Source: Octopus vulgaris
Taxonomy: Eukaryota
Length of the DNA stretch: 64,000 nt
Reading direction: 5' to 3'
Assembly: GCA_951406725.2 (NCBI GenBank)
Contig: OX597816.1
Location: 70,866,001-70,930,000 of the forward strand
The position numbers and the translations under genes are program-made. Below, piece after piece: positions 12,151 to 24,520 of this stretch. The number at the start of each line of letters is the position of its first letter. Within the stretch, counting starts at the first letter, position 1. The notes under the pieces are model-generated. The model was given only the letters and a program-made list of their open reading frames with translations. It searched no databases and was not told the DNA's origin.

Positions 12151-12564
12151 GGCGGCGAGCTGGCAGAAACGTTAGCACGGTGGGCGAAATGCTTTGCGGT
12201 ATTTCGTCTGCCGCTACGTTCTGAGTTCAAATTCCGCCGAGGTCGACTTTGCCTTTCATCCTTTCGCGGTCGATTAAATAAGTACCGGTTACACACTGGG
12301 GTCGATGTAATCGACTTAATACCTATGTCTGTCCTTGTTTGTCCCCTCTATGTTTAGCCCCTTGTGGGTAATAAAGAAATAGGTATTTCGTCTGCCGCTA
12401 CGTTCTGAGTTCAAATTCCGCCGAGGTCGACTTTGCCTTTCATCCTTTCGGGGTCGATTAAATAAGTACCAGTTACACACTGGGGTCGATATAATCGACT
12501 TAATCCGTTTGTCTGTCCTTGTTCGTCCCCTCTGTGTTTAGCCCTTGTGGGTAGTAAAGAAATA
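12151..12564 (+). mobile_element. SINE family 1 dimer with TSD CGTATGAGAA (homologues: 20729-21136 dimer, 27286-27885 trimer)
   Basis: TSD at 12141-12150 and 12565-12574. Confidence 0.88.
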
Positions 12565-14038
12565 CGTATGAGAAGGACAACGTTCAAGGAATATAATTCT
12601 ACAGACGATTTAGTTGGTTATTTTCTGGACACAGCAGCAACACAAATCAACGAAACAAGCTTCCATCACGTCTTGCCTTGGTATTATCAACGCATGGATA
12701 AAATTCCCCTCAATATACAGCTGAAGTTCTCACAACACAGTTACAATTCTTCCAATATGGCTTAAATGCTCCCAACACATACCTTTAATCCCCTCAACAC
12801 ACAGCTAAAGTGTTCTGGACATTCACCTAAAACCTTCCTCTCTTCTCGAACTCGCTGAGAACTCTCCGAGACAAGTAAATCATTCCCAACTCACATATGA
12901 TTTATTAAGCGTGTGTGTGTGTGATCCGAAGGAAATATATTTCGATTTTCAACGAATCGAATGAGTCCTCAGTTTTTATTAGTATAGTAAGTGCCCCTTT
13001 GGTGGCAAGGTGAATCGGACAGTACCCCTTCCTGAATTTTCCGTCGAGTTATTCAGCGGATGATGAAAATCAGTTTATATGACTGAATGTGTTTCTTTTA
13101 CATTCCCTTTTACAAAATTGAAAATTGTAGCAAATTAGTTACATCAATAAGCAAAATGAAATAGAAAAACTCCTTCTATAATTCGTTCACTGTGACTGTG
13201 GGTTCAAGTCCAGCCATATGAACTTCATTCTCAAAATGAAAACAAAGATGTTATACAGCATATTAAAACTTGTTAAAGCTTTACCAACAAAGTTGTACAG
13301 TCATCCTTCATTTTGAAGTGTTTACTTCTTGATATAATGTAAAAAAATAACAGGTAACAACTCGCGAAATAGAAGAGGTGAAAATTGTATACCAAGGACT
13401 ATAGCCCTCAGAAATGTTTTCTCCTAAGGCTACACATTCAATACTAACTCTGTGGGCTGTTACACTGTTTAAAGAAACCAATATTCTAAACAAAGTACAA
13501 TTCAAAAAGAAATTATATATTTTATGGTTCTTTGTAAATTTCCAGCATCTTACAGCTATCAAAATAACCGAGGAATTTTCATAGGTACAAGCGATGGACA
13601 GTAGACTGGCGAACGAAAAGCAAAACAAAGTCAGGTTTCAGAATTACGAATTGCATTTGGCCGAGAGTCAGTTACGGTAGATACTGACACAAATCAAAAC
13701 GGAAGGAAAAAAGCTGTGACAGTGGTGATGTATAAATGAAACTACAAGGAAATAGAAAATGAATAAAAAGATTGTGCTGCCCCCGTGAGAGATGTTTTTA
13801 CTTTTTCAGCAGTGTTCCAACTCTTTGATTACACGTTTACATTTCTTAGAATCATTAAACTTTTTTGCAACAACCAGCACTTGGTATAGTCTGAAAGGAT
13901 GTTTAGCAGATCACGTGAGAAAACTCAGACTCAGAAGCACCGATGTTGGCTCAATGCTTATCTAATGAATTATATATAATTTTGCATAAAATGCAACATT
14001 GCATTTGCATTGTATTAAAGATAAAAAGAAAAATAATC

Positions 14039-14120
14039 CGACGAAGATGAGATTCGAACTCACGCGGGAAAATCCCAGTGGATTAGCAGTCCACCGCCTT
14101 AACCACTCGGCCACTTCGTC
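14039..14120 (-). tRNA. trnS-GCT: tRNA-Ser(GCT), type B (A6-U67, G27-C43, GGGA-TTT-TCCC), cassette 1
   Basis: GACGAAGTGGCCGAGTGGTTAAGGCGGTGGACTGCTAATCCACTGGGATTTTCCCGCGTGAGTTCGAATCTCATCTTCGTCG; two compensatory base-pair changes relative to type A. Confidence 0.95.
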
Positions 14121-14228
14121 AGCTTATTTTGATTGTAATCACCCCATGAATTTATATGATAATACTATACAAAATTCTGGTGCCTTTGACTTAAGTACCA
14201 TATTCATCTGAATCTAAATTTTGCTGAA

Positions 14229-14312
<84 letters not shown>

Positions 14313-14602
14313 GAGAGAGAGAAGATCCCAGTCGAACACTAGAATCAAAATAATCGGTCGACTTGTTCGCCAAACAGTTGTAATCTGTAAACAAGACCAG
14401 ATGCAAAGCTTCGTCTTATTGCAGTAATAAGTATTAGAAGATTCAGATTTTACAACAATAAACGTAATGAAAAATAAGACAGATGAATTTGTAGACACAA
14501 GACAACCAGGCTACGAAAGCGCGAATAGTGCATGGATGTGGGTAGTAAGAAAGATAGATATTCAGAAAGCACAGAAGGTAAAAAAATAAAGCAGTGATGG
14601 CA

Positions 14603-16864
14603 GTTATCAATTGCACAACGGAGGAACCTCTAGGTGACTCTGATCATGCTATGATCATCGCCAATCTGGCTCTTGCGGGCAACAAAAACCTGAACCATCT
14701 CCAATCTGCTTCCTTCGATTGGAAGAGAGCAGATTGGAACCTGTACCACACTGAACTACAGCACCCAAACTGGCGTGAATTCTACAACTCTGGAGATGTG
14801 AATACTATACTCCAGAGTATCCTGGACTCAATATGGGCAGCATGTGCAGCATCAGTGCCACGTAAACAAAAAAGAAGAACCGCCCCAAAAGGGCAATTTG
14901 GGAAACTTCAGCGGTCCGACTTGCCAGGAGGGAACGTCGGACTGCTGAACGAGAATACAGGTTGCATAAATCAGACACCAACAGGAAGAAGCGGAATAAA
15001 TCCTCCAACCATCTCAAGCAAGTGACAAAAAAAGCAGTGCTTGAATTTGAACAGTGCATAGCAGCCAATCCTGACAGCAAGGTTTTCTGGAAATATGTGC
15101 ACTCAAAGCAGAGACCTCACTCTCCAGTGGGCCCTCTTCGCAACCCTCACACAAACCAGATCACTGACGACCCCAAGGAATGCGCAGAACTCATTGCCGA
15201 GTGCTATGCAAACATATTCACTGTTGAAAGTCAAAATGTACCATCTTCACCATCACTAACAGCAAACTCCATAACAACTATGGAATTTACACCTGCAATG
15301 CTGCGACGTCACCTTCAAAATAAGCGCAACTATGCCTCCCCTGGTCTCGATGGAGTTACATACCTGCTTCTCAAACGTGGCAGGCACTTCCTTTTACACC
15401 AGCTTTCTATTTTCTTCCAGTACTGTCTCAACAATGGTGCTACTCCGGAGCAGTGGAAAACTGCCAGTGTCATTCCTCTGTTCAAAAAGGGCGACCGCAC
15501 ATCACCTGTCAACTATCGCCCAGTCAGTCTCACTAGCTGTATTGCAAAACTGATGGAATCGTGTGTCAGAGAAACACTCTGGAACTTCTGGAGCTCTCAC
15601 AGTCTCATCCGACCCTCACAATATGGATTTGTCCCTAACTCCAGCTGCAGTGACCAGCTTGTCGAGTTCCTTGAGGACATTACTCAGATTACTGACAGTG
15701 GCTCATGGGTGGATGTTGTCTACCTTGACTTTGCTAAGGCTTTCAACTCTGTGCCACACAAAAGGCTTATGGTGAAACTCTCTGCAATGGGTGTGGGGGA
15801 TGACCTTTTTAACTGGTTGAAATCCTTCATCCTCAGCCGAAAGGAGGTAGTTACAGTTCTAGGACAGCACTCTACACCATATGAGATGTCATCGGGTGTA
15901 CCACAGGGATCTGTCCTTGGTCCCCTCTTGTTTGTGGCATACATTAACGACATAGATGCCAATTTAAAGAATGCCACAGTATTGAAATATGCAGACGACA
16001 TCAAGCTGTACCTTGAAATCAAGAGGACAGATCCTGATGTCTACAACTCTTTCCTGCAATCAGACCTAGACACAATGCAGCAATGGATCACAGACTGGCA
16101 ACTGAAACTGGCTGTGGACAAGTGTACCACCATGCATTTTGGGAGAAAAAACCCTGCGTTCACATACTCCCTCCACAACACTGATATCAAGAAATCCTCT
16201 TGCGAGCGTGACCTAGGCATCACTGTCAGCAGTGATTTGCGTTGGTCAAAGCATATCTCTAAGATTGTCAGGAAGGCCGAGGGTGTCTTGGCATCACTCA
16301 GCAGGTCTTTTGTTAGCCGCTCTCCAGCCATCTATTTAAAACTGTATACAGCTATGGTACGACCACACTTGGAATTCGCATCATCAGTTTGGAACCCCTA
16401 TCTTGCACAGAACATTGACCTCCTGGAATCTGTCCAGAGACGTGCAACCAAACGCATACCCTCCATCAGACACCTACCATATTCTGAGCGCCTTGTTTCC
16501 CTGGGCATGGATTCACTGAAGCTCCGGCGTTTGGCGACGGACTTGGTAAACACCCACAAAGTTATCAACCACCTCACCAACAACAACACTGAACACCTTT
16601 TTGATCTCCATGTGTCTAACACACGTGGACATGCCTACAAAGTCAGAAAACAATACAGCTCCCATGACTTTCGGAAACATTTTTTCACGCTCAGGGTTGC
16701 TGAAGCGTGGAATAAACTGCCTGCATCAGTTGTTGACTGCCATGACACTGCATCCTTTAAGGCCCTCATGCTTTCCGAAATCCGTCGAAACTACACCTGA
16801 TTATATATACACTTTAGATGAGTTGTAGTGCACCTGAGCACTGTACACAATTATTATTATTATT
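14603..16864 (+). mobile_element. 5'-truncated CR1-clade LINE, young insertion
   Basis: Empty site GATGGC/ATGAAAGTGG in cassette 2 (one substitution in cassette 3). Endonuclease C-terminus (GDSDH), RT, short 3'UTR stem-loop GTAGTGC-ACCTGA-GCACTGT, (ATT)n tail. Confidence 0.93.
14962..16800 (+). CDS. CR1-like ORF2 reverse transcriptase (612 aa open; preceded by a frameshifted endonuclease C-terminus at 14603-14873)
   Basis: Motifs SPGLDG, NYRPVSLTS, QYGF, LDFAKAFNSV, GVPQGSVLGPLLF, YADD, and CR1-type C-terminus TRGH...FFTLRV..AWNKLP. Confidence 0.93.
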   Translation: MHKSDTNRKKRNKSSNHLKQVTKKAVLEFEQCIAANPDSKVFWKYVHSKQRPHSPVGPLRNPHTNQITDDPKECAELIAECYANIFTVESQNVPSSPSLTANSITTMEFTPAMLRRHLQNKRNYASPGLDGVTYLLLKRGRHFLLHQLSIFFQYCLNNGATPEQWKTASVIPLFKKGDRTSPVNYRPVSLTSCIAKLMESCVRETLWNFWSSHSLIRPSQYGFVPNSSCSDQLVEFLEDITQITDSGSWVDVVYLDFAKAFNSVPHKRLMVKLSAMGVGDDLFNWLKSFILSRKEVVTVLGQHSTPYEMSSGVPQGSVLGPLLFVAYINDIDANLKNATVLKYADDIKLYLEIKRTDPDVYNSFLQSDLDTMQQWITDWQLKLAVDKCTTMHFGRKNPAFTYSLHNTDIKKSSCERDLGITVSSDLRWSKHISKIVRKAEGVLASLSRSFVSRSPAIYLKLYTAMVRPHLEFASSVWNPYLAQNIDLLESVQRRATKRIPSIRHLPYSERLVSLGMDSLKLRRLATDLVNTHKVINHLTNNNTEHLFDLHVSNTRGHAYKVRKQYSSHDFRKHFFTLRVAEAWNKLPASVVDCHDTASFKALMLSEIRRNYT

Positions 16865-17079
16865 ATGAAAGTGGGGAAAAAAATGAGTAATAGGACTGCG
16901 ATATGAGTACGACATTAGTTATCTGTCCAGTCCTAGGAGCTTCTGAAATGGTATATAGAATTCCGTCTTGGAAAGCACAAGCAGAAATACTGTCCATTCG
17001 GTCGTTGTTTATCTAATGAGCAAAATTTGTTATTAAATGTAACAATACTTGAGTACTGAATTAAAAATAAAGCACTGTT

Positions 17080-17161
17080 CGACGAGGATGAGATTCGAAC
17101 TCACGCGGGATAATCCCAATGGATTAGCAGTCCATCGCCTTAACCACTCGGCCACCTCGTC
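17080..17161 (-). tRNA. trnS-GCT: tRNA-Ser(GCT), type C (GGGA-TTA-TCCC), cassette 1
   Basis: Intact 82-nt cloverleaf. Confidence 0.95.
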
Positions 17162-19850
17162 AAGTTAGTAGCTGTTTCCTCCCATACTAGCAATTTATTA
17201 TTAAATTCAAGAAACATTGGACTGAAGAAATTAGTTACAGAAAAAGTCGATAAAATGTCATACAACAAGCAGTCGAATAAGATTTTATGCGGTAAGGAAA
17301 GATAAGTCCAAGCTTCGGACCAAACACTTTCATGGGGAAAATATATTTAGTTTGTGAAGGCATTATTTTGAATGATCTGAAGGCATCTTTTGAATGATCT
17401 GAATTGACAAACTGGCTTCGTTACACACATTTTTTCAGCAATGTGTCATATTTGCTCGATCTGTGTCGATGTGGTAATTGTGGTGATAATTTAATTCACC
17501 AACAATCTTATTATTTATTTTGTCTACACGTTTTGGCTAAATATGAAAGAGATAGATCACTTGTGTGATAAATTCGTAATGTAAAATAGCTATGATGTAA
17601 GAGGGTTATAATTTCATCTTTCTATAGTAGCCGTATCCTTCATTTAAGTTGAGAGAGTTTATTGAAGACAAGGAAAGATTTCTAAAGGGGTAGAATTAGT
17701 TTTGAGAAAGGTGACATTCGTTTAGAGAAGTATCTTAAAGAATTTCAGCAGACGTTGTAGTTGGTTAATATTGGTAGGTGTTGAGTAATCAATGAAGGAG
17801 TTGAAGCTTTTTGGATCAATTTTCAGAGAATTATTTTCTATTTTATGATCTAAACAAGAGGATATTTATCAGAAAAAATTTCTTTTTTAGTGATTGTTCA
17901 AAGTAATGTTAAGTCTCTTTGTAACTGAAATGGATTGAGCCATGTTCCCATCGTGTTCCTCTGTGATTTTGGTTTCAAATTTAGCACAACGTCAGTAATT
18001 TCGAGGGAGAGGTCATGTCGATTACATCGACCCTAGTGATCAACTGGTATTTATTTTATCGATCTCAAAAGGATGAAAGGCAAAGTTGACCTCGGAGGAA
18101 TATGAACTCAGAGCCTGAAGACGGACAAAATGCCGCTGAGCATTTTGCCCAATGTGCTAACGATTCTGCAAGCTCGCCGTCTTATGCTCCTCTGCAATTT
18201 TGCCAGCAACAATAATAACGTCGTCGAAATACCCATGAACTCCTGTGTTATAATTACCAGTAGTTATACTATCCATCACTTTGTCTAGTATGCTTACGGC
18301 ATTAGTTAAATATGGAATAAACATCCGTCAGTTTGAAATTCAGTGTCATAGTGGTGTGGAATCTGTTGGTTATGATGTCTTATAATTTCTTGCAGGTAAT
18401 AAAACGAGATATTGACTATTAAAAAGTGGATAGAAAGCAGTCGTGACCTATGGTTTGTGAATATTCGATAGCAGGTAGTGAGACGTCGTTGATTCGCGTT
18501 ATTTCTTACTCACACCATTCGTATTTTCTGGAAAAAGGCTGAGAGTTCAATAATACCATAACCAAAATAGTTTTCCATAATCAAGATACTGTTTAGTCTT
18601 TTCCCTCATAGACATTCTATCAAATGAATAAAAGTAACATGTTTTAATAGTTTGTTTGATGTATGAATATTTCTTTACTACCCACAAGAGGCTAAACACA
18701 AAGGGGACAAACAAGGACAGACATAGGGATTAAGTCGATTATATCAACCCCAGTGCGTAACTGGTACTTAATTTATCGACCCCGAAAGCATGAAAGGCAA
18801 AGTCGACCTCGGCGGAATTTGAACTCAGAACGTAACGGCAGACGAAATACGGCTACGCGTTTCGCCCGGCGTGCTATCGTTTCTGTATATAGGTGGGGAA
18901 ATACGAGGAGAAGCTGCCAACGTAAGAACAACTGTACAGACAATAAAAATTTTAAATGATCCTTCTAGTTCGAATGCAACAGAATCGTGTCATTGAGAAA
19001 ATCCCGTTTCAGACATATATAGGAAAATAAAAGGAAACATTTAAATGAAACTTCTCACATAAAAATATAAATACAAAATACAGTTTGGAATACAGAACTA
19101 TGAAAAACAAAAACAGACTGTTTAGACTGAGTTGCCAAAGTCAATTCGAAAATATTGTCGCGAGTTTCTTGCAAACTTGCTCATTTGTGAAACTGGTGAC
19201 ACGACCCTTAACCATGAATTCATATAGGGATTGTAGCTCTTGCAAGTCCATTTACTTTGTGTGTCCTGGTTTAAGGGATGATTATAGAAACTGATATCAA
19301 GGGGCTTTTTGATTGGCGTGTACATGAAAAATACCCGATCTTTTGCATTAGAACAAGTTTTGTTCATTGCTGGAGTTTTGTTCATTGCTGGACAAATAGA
19401 ACAATCGTGGTAGAGGCCAGCATAAAAAAGGTTTCTTCGTGTATTAGCTGATATGTTGATGACCAATTTGCCTAACTGGAGACAGACATAGGTATTAAGT
19501 CAATTACATCGACCCCAATGCGTAAATGGTACTTAATTTATCGACCCCGAAAGGATGAAAGGCAAAGTCAACCTCGGCGGAATTTGAACTCAGAACGTAA
19601 CGGCAGACGAAATACCGCTAAGCATTTCTCCCGGCGTGCTAACGATTCTGCCAGCTCGCCGCCTTATTGTAGCAATTGGAAAACATTAACACCGAATATA
19701 AACTGATGCTCTCAGATGTTGTAGCAGTACTTATCTAATGTTTCCCATCCATCTTTCTAAGAGTTTAGCGCGGGGCAGCGTATCACGTGCATTGTCTTTG
19801 TAATTGAATGTAAATTTAACCACTTGGCGAAATAAAAGTAAAATGTAAGC

Positions 19851-19932
19851 CGACGAGGATGAGATTCGAACTCACGCGGGAAATTCCCAATGGATTAGCA
19901 GTCCATCGCCTTAACCACTCGGCCACCTCGTC
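19851..19932 (-). tRNA. trnS-GCT: tRNA-Ser(GCT), type A (cassette 2)
   Basis: Intact, same sequence as 11253-11334. Confidence 0.95.
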
Positions 19933-20480
19933 CTACTGCTGATACTGCAACATATTTATAATTTATTACTTAATTCATCAAACTGATTCTGGAGAAATAC
20001 TTTATCTGTGTTGGTAAAGAGTAACACAGAAACAACAAAGAGTAGAATACATTTTTATGACGAAGCGAATATAAGAAGTTCAATGTTTCGGACAGACCCG
20101 TTCATCGGAAAGGAATAATTTGATTGTGATTGCTTCGCTGTGTATTTTCCCAATGATATAAATTTCTTTGCTGGTTTCGATATCTGGAATTCTCAACATT
20201 TTCCTGCGTTGAGGAAGGCTTAAATACCACACACTTGCGTTTACATCTTACATAACAGATGGTTGTACGAGAAAGCTTAATGTAATCGATCAACAGCGAT
20301 GGGTACGTTCGTCATTGCAGGCATGACTGTGTGGTTAAGAAGTGAGCTTTGCAACCACCGTGCTTTGGGGTTTCGATCAACACAACGCAACAATTTTGGG
20401 CCAACGTCGTCTGTCATATCCTCAAATTGACGGATGCCTAGCAAGAGGAATTTGATAAACGGAAACTATGCAAAAGTAAA

Positions 20481-20532
<52 letters not shown>

Positions 20533-22607
20533 TATGTAAAGCTATCTGTTATTTGCTCCGAATTAGAACAAATGCTGAGAAACGGTAACTGGTTCGTTGG
20601 AAATCTGTGACCATCACCATTACTTTTCACCAATTACAATTAATAAAAATAGTTATGACTGTAAGACATTGTCATAGATGCAATACGGTTTCAACCGAAC
20701 CACCGTGAGATCAAATTCCGTATGAGAAGGCGGCGAGCTGGCAGAAACGTTAGCACGCTGGGCGAAATGCTTTGCGGTATTTCGTCTGCCGTTACGTTGT
20801 GAGTTCAAATTCCGCTGAGGTCAACTTTGCCTTTGATCCTTTCGGGGTCGATAAATTAAGTAGCAGTTACGCACTGGGGTCGATGTAATCGACTTAATAC
20901 CTACGTCTGTCCTTGTTTGTCCCCTCTATGTTTAGCCCCTTGTGGGTAATAAGGTATTTTGTCTGCTGCTACGTTCTGAGTTCAAATTCCGCCGAGGTCG
21001 ACTTTGCCTTTCATCCTTTCGGGGTCGATTAAATAAGTACCAGTTACACACTGGGGTCGATATAATCGACTTAATCCGTTTGTCTGTGCTTGTTCGTCCC
21101 CTCTGTGTTTAGCCCCTTGTGGGTAGTAAAGAAATACGTATGAGAAGGACAACGTTCCAGGAATATCATTCTACAGACGATTTAGTTGGTTATTTTCTGG
21201 ACACAGCAGCAACACAAATCAACGAAACAAGCTTCCATCACGTCTTGCCTTGGTATTATCAACGCATGGATAAAATTCCCCTCAATATACAGCTGAAGTT
21301 CTCACAACACAGTTACAATTCTTCCAATATGGCTTAAATGCTCCCAACACATACCTTTAATCCCCTCAACACACAGCTAAAGTGTTCTGGACATTCACCT
21401 AAAACCTTCATCTCTTGACGAACTCGCTGAGAACTCCCCGAGACAAGTAAATCATTCCCAACTCACATATGATTTATTAAGCGTGTGTGTGTGATCCGAA
21501 GGAAATATATTTCGATTTTCAACGAATCGAATGAGTCCTCAGTTTTTATTAGTATAGTAAGTGCCCTCTCTGGTGGCAAGGTGAATCGGACAGTACCCCT
21601 TCCTGAATTTTCCGTCGAGTTATTCAGCGGATGATGAAAATCAGTTTATATGACTGAATGTGTTTCTTTTACATTCCCTTTTACAAAATTGAAAATTGTA
21701 GCAAATTAGTTACATCAATAAGCAAGATGAAATAGAAAAACTCCTTCTATAATTCGTTCACTGTGACTGTGGGTTCAAGTCCAGCCATATGAACTTCATT
21801 CTCAAATGAAAACAAAGATATCATACAGCATATTAAAACTTGTTAAAGCTTTACCAACAAAGTTGTACAGTCATCCTTCATTTAAAGTGTTTACTTATTG
21901 GTATAATGTAAAAAATAACAGGTAGCAACTCGCGAATTAAAAGAGGTGAAAATTGTATACAAAGGATTATAGCCCTCAGAAATGTTTTCTTCTAAGGCTA
22001 CACATTCAATACTAACTCTGTGGGCTGTTACACTGTTTAAAGAAACCAATATTCTAAACAAAGTACAATTCAAAAAGAAATTATATATTTTATGGTTCTT
22101 TGTAAATTTCCAGCATCTTACAGCTATCAAAATAACCGAGGAATTTTCATAGGTACAAGCGATGGACAGTAGACTGGCGAACGAAAAGCAAAAGAAAGTC
22201 AGGTTTCAGAATTACGAATTGCATATGGCCGAGAGTCAATTACGGAAGATATTGACACAAGTAAGAACGGAAGGAAAAAAGCTGTGACAGTGGTGATGTC
22301 GTATAAATGAAACTACAAGGAAATAGAAAATGAATAAAAAGATTGTGCTGCCCGTGAGAGATGTTTTTACTTTTTCAGCAGAGTTCCAACTCTTTGATTA
22401 CACGTTTACATTTCTTAGAATCATTAAACTTTTTTGCAACAACCAGCACTTGGTATAGTCTGAAAGGATGTTTAGCAGATCACATGAGAAAACTCAGACT
22501 CAGAAGCACCGATGTTGGCTCAATGCTTATCTAATGAATTATATATAATTTTGCATAAAATGCAACATTGCATTTGCATTGAATTAAAGATAAAAAGAAA
22601 AATAATC

Positions 22608-22689
22608 CGACGAAGATGAGATTCGAACTCACGCGGGAAAATCCCAGTGGATTAGCAGTCCACCGCCTTAACCACTCGGCCACTTCGTC
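22608..22689 (-). tRNA. trnS-GCT: tRNA-Ser(GCT), type B (cassette 2)
   Basis: Intact, same sequence as 14039-14120. Confidence 0.95.
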
Positions 22690-23178
22690 AGCCATGCTAG
22701 CAACAAGCGTAATAGAAATTTATTGTTTAACATCTGAAATTGTAGTCTCTGAGAAATTCATTATATTATTCATTCACTCGTTCCGGTCCTTGCATTGCAG
22801 CCATTTTGGGACACGGCCTTGCAGGGATTAACCGAACAAATGGACCCTAAGATTTATATTTTTAAGATTGGTATAAATTCTATCGGTCATTTTTGCCGAA
22901 CTGTTAAGTTACATGTAAGTAAACAAACCAGTACTTAATATATTAGCGATGAGGAGGGAGATACACATACACAGACATTACCCTAATACTCAGCTAAAGA
23001 CTGGAACCATTCCAGTGTTGGTGCAGGCCTCTCTCTCATCAGCTATCACGTCCTCGATATTTCGCTGAGTGAAAGGGTTGGAAGGACCCTGAGGATTTCT
23101 CAGTCTGCACGCAACTGTAAAGTCACCCAAACAAGTAGTGAAAGCATAGTAGATGGTGTTAGGTCATGACAGCACTGA

Positions 23179-23232
<54 letters not shown>

Positions 23233-23234
<2 letters not shown>

Positions 23235-23324
23235 CAAAATAAGCAACAAGTATATCCGAGGTAATGTGGTACGATCGTTTCATGCTACCACATTACCTCG
23301 GATATACTTGTTGCTTATTTTGAT
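23233..23324. repeat. Perfect 39-bp inverted repeat with 14-nt loop (copy at ~30004-30097 has one mismatch)
   Basis: ATCAAAATAAGCAACAAGTATATCCGAGGTAATGTGGTA and its exact reverse complement. Confidence 0.95.
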
Positions 23325-23419
23325 TGTAATCACCCCAAGGATTTATATGATAATACTATACAAAATTCTGGTGCCTTTGACTTAAGTACCATATTCATCT
23401 GAATCTAAATTTTGCTGAA

Positions 23420-23460
<41 letters not shown>

Positions 23461-23849
23461 GAATTCCTCGCTCTTTCGGAAACATCAATCTTCTGTATTG
23501 ACTGCTTTCCACCACTTTGATCTGTTTTTTGTATTGAATACATATCGCCACCGTGGGCCACTGCATCGAACACTTTGAACATATAGCATGAATGAACTGA
23601 CTTCAAAATATATATCAACTATACATGAACTCTAAGATGTCTGACTCCGTTGTGTATTATAAATGAATTTCTTGTGTTAGACGGCATGAGCTGTCCTTTT
23701 TTATATATAACTTTTTTTGATAAGGTTCATTTCAGGAACTGAAACATGTTATAATGTATATATAAAAATTAAAAATTGTATAATATAGCAGCATTTTCGA
23801 ACTTCATTTTTTACAAATATATACCTACTCGTATACGAGCTAATCCTAT

Positions 23850-23944
<95 letters not shown>

Positions 23945-24438
23945 AGATCCCAGTCGAACACTAGAATCAAAATAATCGGTCGACTTGTTCAGCAAACAGT
24001 TGTAATCTGTAAACAAGACCAGATGCAAAGCTTCGTCTTATTGCAGTAATAAGTATTAGAAGATTCAGATTTTACGACAATAAACGTGATGAAAAATAAG
24101 ACAGATGAACGTGTAGACACAAGACAACCAGGCTACGAAAGCGCGAATAGTGCATGGATGTGGGTAGTAAGAAAGATAGATATTCAGAAAGCACAGAAGG
24201 TAAAAAAATAAAGCAGTGATGGCATGAAAGTGGGGAAAAAAATGAGTAATAGGACTGCGATATGAGTACGACATTAGTTTTCTGTCCAGTCCTAGGAGCT
24301 TCTGAAATGGTTTATAGAATTCCGTCTTGGAAAGCACAAGCAGAAATACTGTCCATTCGGTCGTTGTTTATCTAATGAGAAAAATTTGTTATTAAATGTA
24401 AGAATACTTGAGTATTGAATTAAAAATAAAGTACTGTT

Positions 24439-24520
24439 CGACGAGGATGAGATTCGAACTCACGCGGGATAATCCCAATGGATTAGCAGTCCATCGCCTT
24501 AACCACTCGGCCACCTCGTC
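24439..24520 (-). tRNA. trnS-GCT: tRNA-Ser(GCT), type C (cassette 2)
   Basis: Intact, same sequence as 17080-17161. Confidence 0.95.

Larger units (their letters stand above)
10880..19465. repeat. tRNA-Ser cassette copy 1 (A-B-C), with CR1 insertion and ~620-bp deletion
   Basis: Near-identical to 19481-26026 and 26027-33134 outside the indels. Confidence 0.92.

Noticed and set aside
12547-13628. ORFs conserved across cassettes (MGSKEIRM..., MFCFSFASLL...)
   Set aside because: Conservation is explained by recent duplication; they are disrupted or truncated in at least one copy and have no recognisable domain.
4306-22831. ORFs starting MRFELTR..P.GLAVHRLN
   Set aside because: Antisense reading of the tRNA-Ser genes.
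23020-23090. Minus-strand GAAA...CTGATGA hammerhead core words (also at ~29.8 kb)
   Set aside because: Order and spacing do not allow helices I and III to form.
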